A DNA stretch of 64,000 nucleotides, from positions 1,569 through 65,568 of the forward strand of contig CAJQPE010000044.1 in the NCBI GenBank assembly GCA_905480125.1. The letters are read 5' to 3'. Of this stretch, positions 8,785 to 17,966 are shown one piece after another (within the stretch, counting starts at the first letter, position 1; the number at the start of each line of letters is the position of its first letter). The position numbers and the translations under genes are program-made. Below the pieces are notes generated by a model. It searched no databases, was not told where the DNA came from, and saw only the letters and a list, made by a program, of their open reading frames with translations. The stretch is from an uncultured Flavobacteriales bacterium. GTDB lineage: Bacteria; Bacteroidota; Bacteroidia; Flavobacteriales_G; NORP312.

Positions 8785-11364
8785 GTGAAAGGAATTAACA
8801 AATATAAAAAAGTTGGGTCAATTGCCTTCATTGCATTGATTTTGTTGGGTTGCTCCACTGAAAAAAATACCGCGATTAATAGAGGCTACCATAATGTTAC
8901 AGCAAGGTATAACGGTTATTTTAATGCAAAGGAAAGCATTAAAGAAGGGGTTGGAAAATTAAATGACTCTCATGAAGAGAATTATGAAGAAATATTGCCG
9001 ATTTACGTTTATGGTGACGAAAGTGCGGCAAGGAGCGTTTATCCGCAGATGGATAGGGCAATCGAGAAAAGCTCATACGTAATCAATAATCACTCGATGT
9101 ATATTAAAAAGGTTGAGTATTGTTCGTGGATTGATGATAGTTACTTTTTAATAGGGAAAGCAAGCTTTTACAAAAAGGATTTTGATAAAGCTGAGGAAAT
9201 GCTTGCCTACGTGGCAAGCGAGTATAAAGAAGATCCAATTCGTTTTGATGCTATGTTATGGTTGGCAAGAACATATATAGAGAGTGAAGAATTTTCCAAT
9301 GCAAGAGGGTATTTGGATAAGTGTAATGTTGATGAATTTCCTGAAAAGAAATTAGCAGAACTGAAAGCAGTAAAAGCCGACTTTTATTTAAAACAAGAAA
9401 ATTATGAATCAGGAGCAAAAGAGCTTAAAAACGCCTTGGAGTTCACAAAAAGACGAGAGGATAAAGTTAGGCTAACGTTTATTCTTGCTCAGGTTTTTAA
9501 AGAAAGTGGAGATTCAAAAAATGCAATACGTTATTACGATGCTGTTTTAAAGCTCAACCCAGACTATGAGATGGGATTTTACGCAAACATTCATAGTGCT
9601 TTGGCTCATGAAGGAGGAAACAGCGGCCCTATTAAAACGAAGCTTAAAGAAATGGCGAAAGATGAAAAATATGAGGAATTCTTCGATCAGATTTATTATG
9701 CCTTAGCGGAGTTAGAATTAAAAGAAAATAATAAAGAAAAAGGCATTAAATATCTAACGCTTTCTTACGAAAAAAGCATTATAAACGATGATCAAAAGGC
9801 AAAATCTTTCAATCGTTTAGCAGACATTTATTTTGATGATGAGTTATATATTTTATCACAAAACTATTACGATAGCACGGTTTCGTTTGTTGATAAATCG
9901 CAACCAGAATATCCTGAAATCTTAGAAAGAAGAAATAGTCTTACTCGATTAGTAAAAGATATTTTAGTTATCAATAAAGAGGATAGCCTTCAGCATTTAT
10001 CAACACTACCAAAAGCTGAACAGGAGGGTGTTGTCGACGATATTATTAGCGAGATAATAGCAAAAGAAGAGCGAATAAAAGCGGAGGAAGAGGCAAACGC
10101 CCTGAACGCTCAAAACACACCAACTAATGTTAAAATTAACCAGGGAACTAGCACGGATTGGTACTTCTACAATGAGTCTACCATAGCATTCGGCAAGTCA
10201 GAATTTAAGAAAAAATGGGGAACAAGAAAGCTAGAGGACAATTGGCGCAGAAAAAATAAATCGTCAACTGCTGGTAATGACTTTGATATAGATTATGGAG
10301 AACTTGAAGATTTAGGGATAGAGGATACAAATGCTACTTCAAGAGATTTGAAGAGCCCAAGATATTATCTTCAGAATATCCCAAATAGTAAATCGAAAAT
10401 GAACAAATCTCATAATAAAATAATCGCAGCTCTATACGATTTAGGTCTAGTTTACAAAGAAAAGTTAAACGACAACAAACAAGCAATTATAACTTTTGAG
10501 GATTTGGTTGCGCGATACGATACTAGCAAGTACCATGTGAGCGCCTATTATCAGCTATTTAGAATGTATACGGAAGCAAACAATTCAGCTATGGCGAACG
10601 AATACAAACACAAAGTTTTAAAAGATTTTCCTAAATCTCAATATGCTAAATTGATTCAAAATCCTAGCTACCTTGATATCGAGAAAAACCAAGCTTCAGC
10701 TGCTTCTAAATTTTATGAAAAAACATATCAATTGTATAAAGAAAAACTATTCATGCGGGTGATAAACAACTCTAATAAAGCAGATTCCTCATTTAAAGGC
10801 AATGACCTGCTTCCTAAATTTCACTATTTAAAGGCACAGTCTTTAGGAGCAACGGATAGCCTAATTGTATATAAAGAATCCTTAGAAACGTTGATTGATA
10901 ACTATCCAGATGCACCAGAGGCTGAGGTCGCTAAACGCACATTAGAATACCTTACTAAAGGGGAACCTATAAACGGAAATGAGAGTGGATTAGAGATTAA
11001 TTATAAATTTAAGGCCGATGCTAAACACCACTTAATAATAATTCTTCCAAAGGATGGTGTGGACATGAGCAAATCAAAAATAGCCGTATCCGATTTTAAT
11101 AGAAAGTATTACAAATCAGATGAGCTAAAAATAAACTCTACGGTTCTAAGCAATGGAGATCGATTGATTATCGTAAAAGATTTTAATAATGTATTTAAAG
11201 CAATGGATTACTTCAAGTCGTTTGATGAAAACTCTGACATATTAAAGACTTTAAAAGAGAGTGCTATTACTAAATTTGCAATATCAGTATCTAATTACCC
11301 AGAATTTTACAATGCAAACGATATTGATGGATATCAGGGGTTTTTCGACATTAATTATAAGTAG
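8785..11364 (+). CDS. sprE: TPR-repeat lipoprotein, SprE/PorW-like T9SS/gliding component
   Basis: 859 aa. Lipobox LLGC. The post-Cys segment STEKNTAINRGYHNVTARYNGYFNA resembles my recollection of Flavobacterium johnsoniae SprE. TPR-like repeats run throughout, and size matches SprE (about 870 aa). Confidence 0.55.
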   Translation: MKGINKYKKVGSIAFIALILLGCSTEKNTAINRGYHNVTARYNGYFNAKESIKEGVGKLNDSHEENYEEILPIYVYGDESAARSVYPQMDRAIEKSSYVINNHSMYIKKVEYCSWIDDSYFLIGKASFYKKDFDKAEEMLAYVASEYKEDPIRFDAMLWLARTYIESEEFSNARGYLDKCNVDEFPEKKLAELKAVKADFYLKQENYESGAKELKNALEFTKRREDKVRLTFILAQVFKESGDSKNAIRYYDAVLKLNPDYEMGFYANIHSALAHEGGNSGPIKTKLKEMAKDEKYEEFFDQIYYALAELELKENNKEKGIKYLTLSYEKSIINDDQKAKSFNRLADIYFDDELYILSQNYYDSTVSFVDKSQPEYPEILERRNSLTRLVKDILVINKEDSLQHLSTLPKAEQEGVVDDIISEIIAKEERIKAEEEANALNAQNTPTNVKINQGTSTDWYFYNESTIAFGKSEFKKKWGTRKLEDNWRRKNKSSTAGNDFDIDYGELEDLGIEDTNATSRDLKSPRYYLQNIPNSKSKMNKSHNKIIAALYDLGLVYKEKLNDNKQAIITFEDLVARYDTSKYHVSAYYQLFRMYTEANNSAMANEYKHKVLKDFPKSQYAKLIQNPSYLDIEKNQASAASKFYEKTYQLYKEKLFMRVINNSNKADSSFKGNDLLPKFHYLKAQSLGATDSLIVYKESLETLIDNYPDAPEAEVAKRTLEYLTKGEPINGNESGLEINYKFKADAKHHLIIILPKDGVDMSKSKIAVSDFNRKYYKSDELKINSTVLSNGDRLIIVKDFNNVFKAMDYFKSFDENSDILKTLKESAITKFAISVSNYPEFYNANDIDGYQGFFDINYK

Positions 11365-11642
11365 AATACTGGAATTCAAGATTAAGCAGAGTAAATTTAT
11401 TGAGACCCAAGGCCCCACGTTTTTATCCTGCCCCATTTCCTTTGAACTCCATTTCTTTTCTGCTTTGAAAATATTTTGCAGACGACTAAAAAATGTAATT
11501 GTTGCCAGAAGAATATGATAATCTTGCGCTCGCAAATGCACTGTAATAGCCAGTAAAATAATCTTTTACAACATAATTTTATTAAAAATAAGGGTAATTT
11601 TTTGTCATAAAATAATACCTTTGTTTCGATAAATTTGAAGTT

Positions 11643-12071
11643 ATGTTCAAAAAAGGAATTGATAAAATGGCAAAAGCAAGCGAATCAGATTCTGCTGTAG
11701 GAAACACGATTACAGCAGGAACAACTATAACGGGAGACATAAACACTAACGGAAACATTAGAGTGGATGGCACTATTCAAGGGTCGGTAAACGCGAAAGG
11801 AAAAGTAGTTGTTGGTCAAACCGGCAAAATTGAAGGAGAGGTCGTTTGCCAAAATGCTGATATATCGGGTACACTAAAGGCGAAAGTTACGGTGGCTGAA
11901 TTACTTTCATTAAAATCCACAGCGAATTTATTGGGTGAAATCGTAACAAATAAATTAGCAATTGAACCCGGAGCTAATTTTTCTGGTAATTGCAGTATGG
12001 GCGCAGTTGTAAAAGAAATGAGCCATGGAGGACAAGCAGAAGAAATTTCAAAACAGTCGAGAACAGCGTAG
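11643..12071 (+). CDS. Bactofilin (polymer-forming cytoskeletal protein, DUF583)
   Basis: 142 aa. Beta-helical repeat pattern (ITGDINTNGNIRVDGTIQGSVNAKGKVVVGQTGKIEGEVVC...) with disordered termini. Confidence 0.85.
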   Translation: MFKKGIDKMAKASESDSAVGNTITAGTTITGDINTNGNIRVDGTIQGSVNAKGKVVVGQTGKIEGEVVCQNADISGTLKAKVTVAELLSLKSTANLLGEIVTNKLAIEPGANFSGNCSMGAVVKEMSHGGQAEEISKQSRTA

Positions 12072-12249
12072 TAAATACGTTGAATTTTCTGGGTTAGCAA
12101 TTCAAATTGTCGTTATGATGGTACTAGGGGTGTTTACTGGTAAATGGCTTGACGAAAAAATGGTCAACTCAAAGCCTTTGGCAACAATCTTCCTCACTTT
12201 ATTTTCTATCGTAGCGTCACTTTATTATCTGGTAAAAAAAGTTAAGTAA
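12025..12249 (+). CDS. atpZ: AtpZ/AtpI family small membrane protein
   Basis: 74 aa, two TM helices. KYVEFSGLAIQIVVMMVLGVFTGKWLDEK matches the AtpZ pattern. It overlaps the bactofilin 3' end by 47 nt in another frame. Confidence 0.75.
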   Translation: MEDKQKKFQNSREQRSKYVEFSGLAIQIVVMMVLGVFTGKWLDEKMVNSKPLATIFLTLFSIVASLYYLVKKVK

Positions 12250-12641
12250 TGGGACGTGTTAGGTCTAACAATCAGAGGTATTTCATTACAATATCTATTC
12301 TTTTTGCGTTGTTGCTGATTTTTCTCAATGCGCTACTAATTTTAAAATTTTCCGATATTAATTTACGTTTAATAATTAATCTATTGCTGATTTTGTTTTA
12401 CGGCAGTTCAATTATTTCTGGATTCACTCTAATTAAGTCTAGCGAGAAAAGACCGCAAGACATTGTGCGGGTATCGATGGCATCAACCACATTCAAATTA
12501 TTAGGCTATCTTTTTGTTTTAGGTACAATTATTTATCTAAACAAGTCTTTGGCAAAAGAAATTGTTGGATTTTTCTTTATGCAGTATTTTGTATTCACAT
12601 TAGTTGAAAAGGTTTTTATCTTCAAGTTTCTGAAAAGATAA
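12249..12641 (+). CDS. Small polytopic membrane protein of unknown function in the atp operon leader
   Basis: 130 aa with about 4 hydrophobic helices. Its ATG overlaps the atpZ stop (TAATG), which suggests translational coupling. Confidence 0.55.
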   Translation: MGRVRSNNQRYFITISILFALLLIFLNALLILKFSDINLRLIINLLLILFYGSSIISGFTLIKSSEKRPQDIVRVSMASTTFKLLGYLFVLGTIIYLNKSLAKEIVGFFFMQYFVFTLVEKVFIFKFLKR

Positions 12642-12703
12642 TATCATCTTTTCTCTCAACCCACAAATTTCTTTATTAATCTTTAAAAAATAACTTAATA
12701 TCT

Positions 12704-12733
12704 TTTGTGCCGGCTTTTTATTAACTACTTTTG
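12704..12733 (+). promoter_or_regulatory. Putative Bacteroidota sigma-A promoter for atpB
   Basis: TTTG (12704-12707), an 18-nt spacer, then TACTTTTG (12726-12733) matching the TAnnTTTG -7 box. It lies 35 nt upstream of the atpB ATG. Confidence 0.4.
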
Positions 12734-12768
12734 CAGCGAATATTGAGAAGGGTTCCAAATGTTAGACG

Positions 12769-13956
12769 ATGAATAACGGAAAATATATAGTAATAGCGAT
12801 AAGTTTAGCCGTATTTTTTACTTCTATTTTTAATAAATGTGTTGCTCAGGGAGAGGGTAATTCACATAATGAAGAAGTAGTTAGAAATGTGATTGTCGAC
12901 AGCGAGGAATCGCTAGATGAGAGCGATGCGGTTTTGGAGGAAGAATCATTTAACGCTGGCGAGATGATTATGGAGCACATTGACGATAGTCACGAGTGGC
13001 ATCTATGGGGAAAAGGAAGTAGTTCAGTTTCAGTACCACTGCCGATAATTATCTATCATCAGGATAATGGTTTCAGTGTTTTTATGTCAAGTAATTTTCA
13101 TCATGGTCATACGGCTTATAATGGCTATAGGTTATTAACTGAACACTTCTTGCATCATCATGAAATAGATCCTAACGATTATCCTCATGATATGGTTGTG
13201 GCGGTAACAGCTGATGGAAAGTTAGATAAGGCTTCAACATTAAAAATTTGGGATTTTTCAATAACTAAAAATGTTGCGGCACTATTGACAAGTGTATTTT
13301 TGTTAATGTGGATTTTCATTTCAATTGCCAAAACTTACAATAAAAGGGTTGGTCAAGCTCCAACAGGAATGCAATCGTTCATGGAGCCAATTATTATGTT
13401 TATTAGAGATGATATTGCAAAACCATCAATTGGGGATAAATATGAGAAATTTATGCCATATTTACTCACGCTGTTCTTTTTCATTTGGATTAATAACGTA
13501 ATGGGCCTTATCCCGCTTATTCCAGGAGGAACGAATTTAACAGGTAATATAGCGATTCCAATTGTTTTAGCCTTTTTTACATTCGTTTTAACAACAATAA
13601 ATGGGAATGCACATTACTGGAAACATATTTTTGCCATGCCGGGTGTACCTAAACCGATATTGTTAATCTTAACACCACTTGAAGTTGCTGGTATATTTAT
13701 CAAGCCAATAGTATTGGTCATTCGATTGTTTGCCAACATAACTGCAGGACATATTGTAATGTTGGTGTTTTTTAGTTTAATATTTATTTTTGGTGAAACT
13801 TCAGCTGCAGCGGGATATGGTGTCTCAGTTGCGTCTGTTGCATTCACCGTATTTTTAACGTTTTTAGAATTATTAGTTGGTATTATCCAGGCTTATGTTT
13901 TTACATTATTGTCAGCCATTTATTTTGGTATGGCAACAGCAGGGGGAGACCATTAA
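12769..13956 (+). CDS. atpB: F0F1 ATP synthase subunit a with a long N-terminal extension
   Basis: 395 aa. The C-terminal ~240 aa carry the subunit-a signature IRLFANITAGH (essential Arg). The N-terminal ~150 aa form a signal-like helix plus a His-rich segment. Confidence 0.93.
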   Translation: MNNGKYIVIAISLAVFFTSIFNKCVAQGEGNSHNEEVVRNVIVDSEESLDESDAVLEEESFNAGEMIMEHIDDSHEWHLWGKGSSSVSVPLPIIIYHQDNGFSVFMSSNFHHGHTAYNGYRLLTEHFLHHHEIDPNDYPHDMVVAVTADGKLDKASTLKIWDFSITKNVAALLTSVFLLMWIFISIAKTYNKRVGQAPTGMQSFMEPIIMFIRDDIAKPSIGDKYEKFMPYLLTLFFFIWINNVMGLIPLIPGGTNLTGNIAIPIVLAFFTFVLTTINGNAHYWKHIFAMPGVPKPILLILTPLEVAGIFIKPIVLVIRLFANITAGHIVMLVFFSLIFIFGETSAAAGYGVSVASVAFTVFLTFLELLVGIIQAYVFTLLSAIYFGMATAGGDH

Positions 13957-13975
13957 GGGTTTATTTATTGTTTAA

Positions 13976-14248
<273 letters not shown>

Positions 14249-14265
14249 TAAACAAACTTTTCATG

Positions 14266-14286
14266 CTCCCAACGGTTGGTTGGGAG
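14266..14286 (+). other. Intra-operon stem-loop after atpE
   Basis: CTCCCAAC (14266-14273) pairs with GTTGGGAG (14279-14286) around a 5-nt loop. There is no U-tract after it. Confidence 0.5.
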
Positions 14287-14312
14287 TCTGAAAAACTTAA
14301 AAACATTATAGT

Positions 14313-14807
14313 ATGAGTTTAATTACCCCGGATATAGGATTATTATTTTGGATGGTCGTTTCTTTTGGAATCGTTTTATTCATCTTGAAAAAATTTGCTT
14401 GGAAACCAATTCTTGATTCAGTAAAAGAAAGAGAAGATTCAATTGAAGAAGCTTTAGCACAGGCAGGAAAAGCAAAGGAAGAGCTTGAAAAATTACAAGC
14501 AAACAACGAAGATTTGTTAAAGCAAGCTCGTGAAGAGCGAGACTTAATAATCAAAGAAGCTCGCGAGGCTAAGGACAATATGATTCACGAAGCCAAGAGC
14601 AAAGCTAAAGAGGAAGCAGATAAGATTTTAGTTTCTGCAAGAGAAACTATTGAAAGTGAAAAGCTATCTGCCGTGGCGGAGTTAAAAAGCCAAGTGGCGG
14701 TATTGTCTATAGAAATAGCTGAAAAGATATTAAGGGATGAGCTTTCTGCTGAGGACAAGCAAAAGAAATTGGTTAACAATTTATTGGAAGACGTAAACCT
14801 CAATTAA
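14313..14807 (+). CDS. atpF: F0F1 ATP synthase subunit b
   Basis: 164 aa. A single N-terminal TM helix followed by a long charged coiled coil. Correct operon position. Confidence 0.9.
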   Translation: MSLITPDIGLLFWMVVSFGIVLFILKKFAWKPILDSVKEREDSIEEALAQAGKAKEELEKLQANNEDLLKQAREERDLIIKEAREAKDNMIHEAKSKAKEEADKILVSARETIESEKLSAVAELKSQVAVLSIEIAEKILRDELSAEDKQKKLVNNLLEDVNLN

Positions 14808-14808
14808 G

Positions 14809-15354
14809 ATGGCAGGTTCTAGAGCAGCAGTTAGATACGCGAAATCACTTCTTTCACTCTCGATTGAGCAAAACGCTTTAGAGGATGTTAACAAAGACAT
14901 GAATTTGTTGGCAAACACCTGCAAATCAAGTAGTGACTTAATGCTGTTGTTAAAAAGTCCGATTGTTAAAACGGATAAAAAGCAGGCTATTTTGAGCGCA
15001 ATCTTTACTAATAAAATAGGTAAATTAGTTTCTTTGTTTATCGAAATCATTACCAAAAAGAAAAGAGAAGCAATTATTTTAGATATTGCTCTTGCGTTTG
15101 GCGAACAGTATAATGCTCACAAGAACATTACTTCTGCAAAAGTTTCTACAGCAATAGCTTTAGATAAAGATTTGAAATCTAAAATTATGGCAATTGTTAA
15201 AACAGCATCTAAAGGAGAAGTTGAAATTGAGGAAGAAGTAAACAAAGATTTGATAGGAGGACTTATTATAAAAATTGATGATCAACAAGTTGATTCAAGT
15301 ATTCATAGTAAATTACAGAAATTAAAAAGAGAGTTTAGTAAAACACTCAATTAA
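14809..15354 (+). CDS. atpH: F0F1 ATP synthase subunit delta (OSCP)
   Basis: 181 aa. AVRYAKSL N-terminus and [19 protein letters not shown]-terminal motif. Lies between atpF and atpA. Confidence 0.9.
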   Translation: MAGSRAAVRYAKSLLSLSIEQNALEDVNKDMNLLANTCKSSSDLMLLLKSPIVKTDKKQAILSAIFTNKIGKLVSLFIEIITKKKREAIILDIALAFGEQYNAHKNITSAKVSTAIALDKDLKSKIMAIVKTASKGEVEIEEEVNKDLIGGLIIKIDDQQVDSSIHSKLQKLKREFSKTLN

Positions 15355-15376
15355 ACGAATAATAAAAAGAGAAAGC

Positions 15377-16957
15377 ATGGCCGAAGTTAAACCAGCAGAA
15401 GTTTCTGCGATATTAAGAGAGCAACTTGCGGGCTTCAAGTCTGAAGCTGAATTGGAAGAAGTTGGTACGGTACTCCAAATAGGAGATGGTATAGCTCGTA
15501 TTTATGGGTTATCTAATGTACAATCAGGGGAATTAGTTGAGTTCGAAAGCGGACTTCAAGCAATTGTTTTGAACCTTGAAGAGGATAATGTTGGTGCTGT
15601 ACTTTTAGGTCCTGCAGGCAATATAAAAGAAGGTGCAACTGTCAAAAGAACGGGAAAAATTGCTTCCATTAAAGTTGGTGAAGAAATTGTCGGTCGTGTA
15701 ATAAATACATTGGGTCATCCAGTCGACGGAAAAGGACCTATCGGGGGTGAGCTTTTTGAAATGCCTCTAGAGCGGAAAGCACCAGGGGTTATATATCGGC
15801 AACCGGTAAGTGAACCTCTTCAAACAGGGATTAAGGCGATTGACTCTATGATTCCAGTAGGAAGAGGACAAAGAGAGTTAATTATTGGTGACCGTCAAAC
15901 AGGAAAAACAACTGTTGCTATTGATACGATAATCAACCAAAAAGAATTTTATGACAGAGGGGAACCTGTATACTGTATCTATGTTGCGATTGGTCAAAAA
16001 GCATCTACTGTTGCGGGTATTGTTCAGGTTCTTGAGAAAGCAGGTGCTATGGCGTATACCACAATAGTTACAGCTAATGCATCAGATCCTTCTCCGATGC
16101 AGTTCTATGCGCCGTTTGCTGGAGCAGCAGTCGGAGAGTATTTTAGAGATACGGGTCGCCCAGGACTGATTGTTTATGATGATTTATCAAAACAAGCCGT
16201 TGCTTATCGTGAAGTATCACTTTTATTGAGAAGACCTCCAGGTCGTGAAGCATACCCAGGCGATGTGTTTTTCCTTCACTCAAGACTATTAGAAAGAGCT
16301 GCGAAAGTGAATTCGTCTGATGCGATTGCGCAAGACATGAACGACTTGCCCCAGTCTTTGAAAAGTAAAGTAAAAGGCGGAGGCTCGTTAACGGCATTAC
16401 CAATCATCGAAACACAAGCGAGTGATGTATCTGCGTATATTCCGACTAACGTAATTTCTATTACAGATGGTCAGATATTCTTAGAGCCAAACTTATTCTT
16501 GGCAGGTGTTCGTCCTGCAATTAATGTTGGTATTTCTGTATCTCGAGTTGGAGGTAATGCGCAGATTAAGTCGATGAAAAAGGTGTCAGGAACATTAAAA
16601 CTTGATCAAGCTCAGTATCGTGAACTAGAAGCGTTTGCTAAATTTGGTTCCGATTTAGATGCTGCGACAATGGGTATTCTTGAAAAAGGAAAACGTAACG
16701 TTGAGATATTAAAACAAGGCCAGAACGCGCCATTGTCAGTTGAGAAACAAGCAGCTATTATCTTTTGTGGTTCGAAAGGAATTCTAAGAGATGTTCCAGT
16801 CAACAGAATTAAAGAATTTGAAGCAGAGTTTTTAGGTTTGCTAGAAGCTCAACATCAAGAGATACTAGATGGCTTAAGAGCAGGAAAACTAGATGATAAT
16901 ATTACAGGAACTTTAGAAAAAGTTTGTCTAAACCTTGCTGCTAAATATAAAGCATAA
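15377..16957 (+). CDS. atpA: F0F1 ATP synthase subunit alpha
   Basis: 526 aa with Walker A GDRQTGKT and alpha-subunit-like sequence throughout. Confidence 0.98.
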   Translation: MAEVKPAEVSAILREQLAGFKSEAELEEVGTVLQIGDGIARIYGLSNVQSGELVEFESGLQAIVLNLEEDNVGAVLLGPAGNIKEGATVKRTGKIASIKVGEEIVGRVINTLGHPVDGKGPIGGELFEMPLERKAPGVIYRQPVSEPLQTGIKAIDSMIPVGRGQRELIIGDRQTGKTTVAIDTIINQKEFYDRGEPVYCIYVAIGQKASTVAGIVQVLEKAGAMAYTTIVTANASDPSPMQFYAPFAGAAVGEYFRDTGRPGLIVYDDLSKQAVAYREVSLLLRRPPGREAYPGDVFFLHSRLLERAAKVNSSDAIAQDMNDLPQSLKSKVKGGGSLTALPIIETQASDVSAYIPTNVISITDGQIFLEPNLFLAGVRPAINVGISVSRVGGNAQIKSMKKVSGTLKLDQAQYRELEAFAKFGSDLDAATMGILEKGKRNVEILKQGQNAPLSVEKQAAIIFCGSKGILRDVPVNRIKEFEAEFLGLLEAQHQEILDGLRAGKLDDNITGTLEKVCLNLAAKYKA

Positions 16958-16962
16958 CCATT

Positions 16963-17841
16963 ATGGGTGGCTTAAAAGAAGTAAAAGATAGAATAACCTC
17001 CGTTCAGTCTACCATTCAGATAACCTCTGCAATGAAAATGGTATCTGCTGCAAAGCTTAAAAGAGCTCAAGACGCTATTATTCAAATGAGACCTTATGCC
17101 GAAAAGCTTAAGGAAATTTTGGTAAATGTGAGCTCTACGTTAGATGCTTCTGAAGGTGGTTACTCTGCTGAAAGACAGGTTAAGAATCTTTTAGTTATTC
17201 CTATAGCATCAAATAGAGGGCTTTGCGGCCCTTTTAACTCAAATGTAATCAAGGCTACAAGAGTGCTAGAAAAGAATTACCAAGGTTGTGAAATCACGAT
17301 TTTAGCCGCGGGTAAAAAGGTTAATGATGTCTTTAAAGGAACAAAAGAACATATTCACGGAACTACGCTTCCAAGGAATATGAATAATTTGTTTAATGAA
17401 TTAACATTTAGTAATGTTTCTGTTCAGGCAGAAAGAATTATGGAGGCGTTTATTAATAAACAATTCGATAAGGTCGTAATTATCTATAATCAATTCAAAA
17501 ATGCTGCAGTGCAAAATGTTCAAGTAGAACAATGGTTGCCGGCTGTTGCACCTGAATCTGATGAGAAATCAACTTTTGTGAGTGATTATATCTACGAACC
17601 TAGCAAATCAGAAATTGTTGAAGAATTGATTCCAAGGTCTTTAAAAACGCAGTTTTACAAGGCATTTTTAGATTCACATGCCTCTGAGCATGGTGCTCGA
17701 ATGACTGCAATGCACAAAGCAACAGACAATGCAACTGAAATGGTAGACGATTTAAAATTAGTTTATAACAAGGCTCGTCAGGCTGCAATTACCAACGAAA
17801 TTTTAGAAATTGTTGGTGGAGCAGAAGCATTGAACGACTAA
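16963..17841 (+). CDS. atpG: F0F1 ATP synthase subunit gamma
   Basis: 292 aa. ITSAMKMVSAAKLKRAQ N-terminus and ARQAAITNEILEIVGGAEAL C-terminus. Confidence 0.95.
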   Translation: MGGLKEVKDRITSVQSTIQITSAMKMVSAAKLKRAQDAIIQMRPYAEKLKEILVNVSSTLDASEGGYSAERQVKNLLVIPIASNRGLCGPFNSNVIKATRVLEKNYQGCEITILAAGKKVNDVFKGTKEHIHGTTLPRNMNNLFNELTFSNVSVQAERIMEAFINKQFDKVVIIYNQFKNAAVQNVQVEQWLPAVAPESDEKSTFVSDYIYEPSKSEIVEELIPRSLKTQFYKAFLDSHASEHGARMTAMHKATDNATEMVDDLKLVYNKARQAAITNEILEIVGGAEALND

Positions 17842-17966
17842 GTCAAACACAATGAACAGACATTGAAAAAGGCTCGCATTGTTAGCCCAATGTTTTGAGT
17901 ATTTATCTGTGTTTTCATCAATTTAATACATTTAATGGGGCAAACCTAAATCCAAAAACAGCAAAA

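Noticed and set aside
11261-11541. ORFs 11261..11518 (+) and 11284..11541 (-) downstream of sprE.
   Set aside because: They overlap the sprE 3' end and each other, and there is no signal of conservation. They are probably spurious.
17895-17966. ORF-track N-terminal extensions before internal Met codons: 17895 (WG-repeat), 21020 (crotonase), 41369 (cyclophilin), 44034 (pgk), 44060 (holB), 48917 and 52156 (exported proteins), 33767 (purN).
   Set aside because: In each case a canonical signal peptide or conserved protein N-terminus starts at the internal Met, and the extension has no homology-like features. The trimmed starts were used, but they remain predictions.
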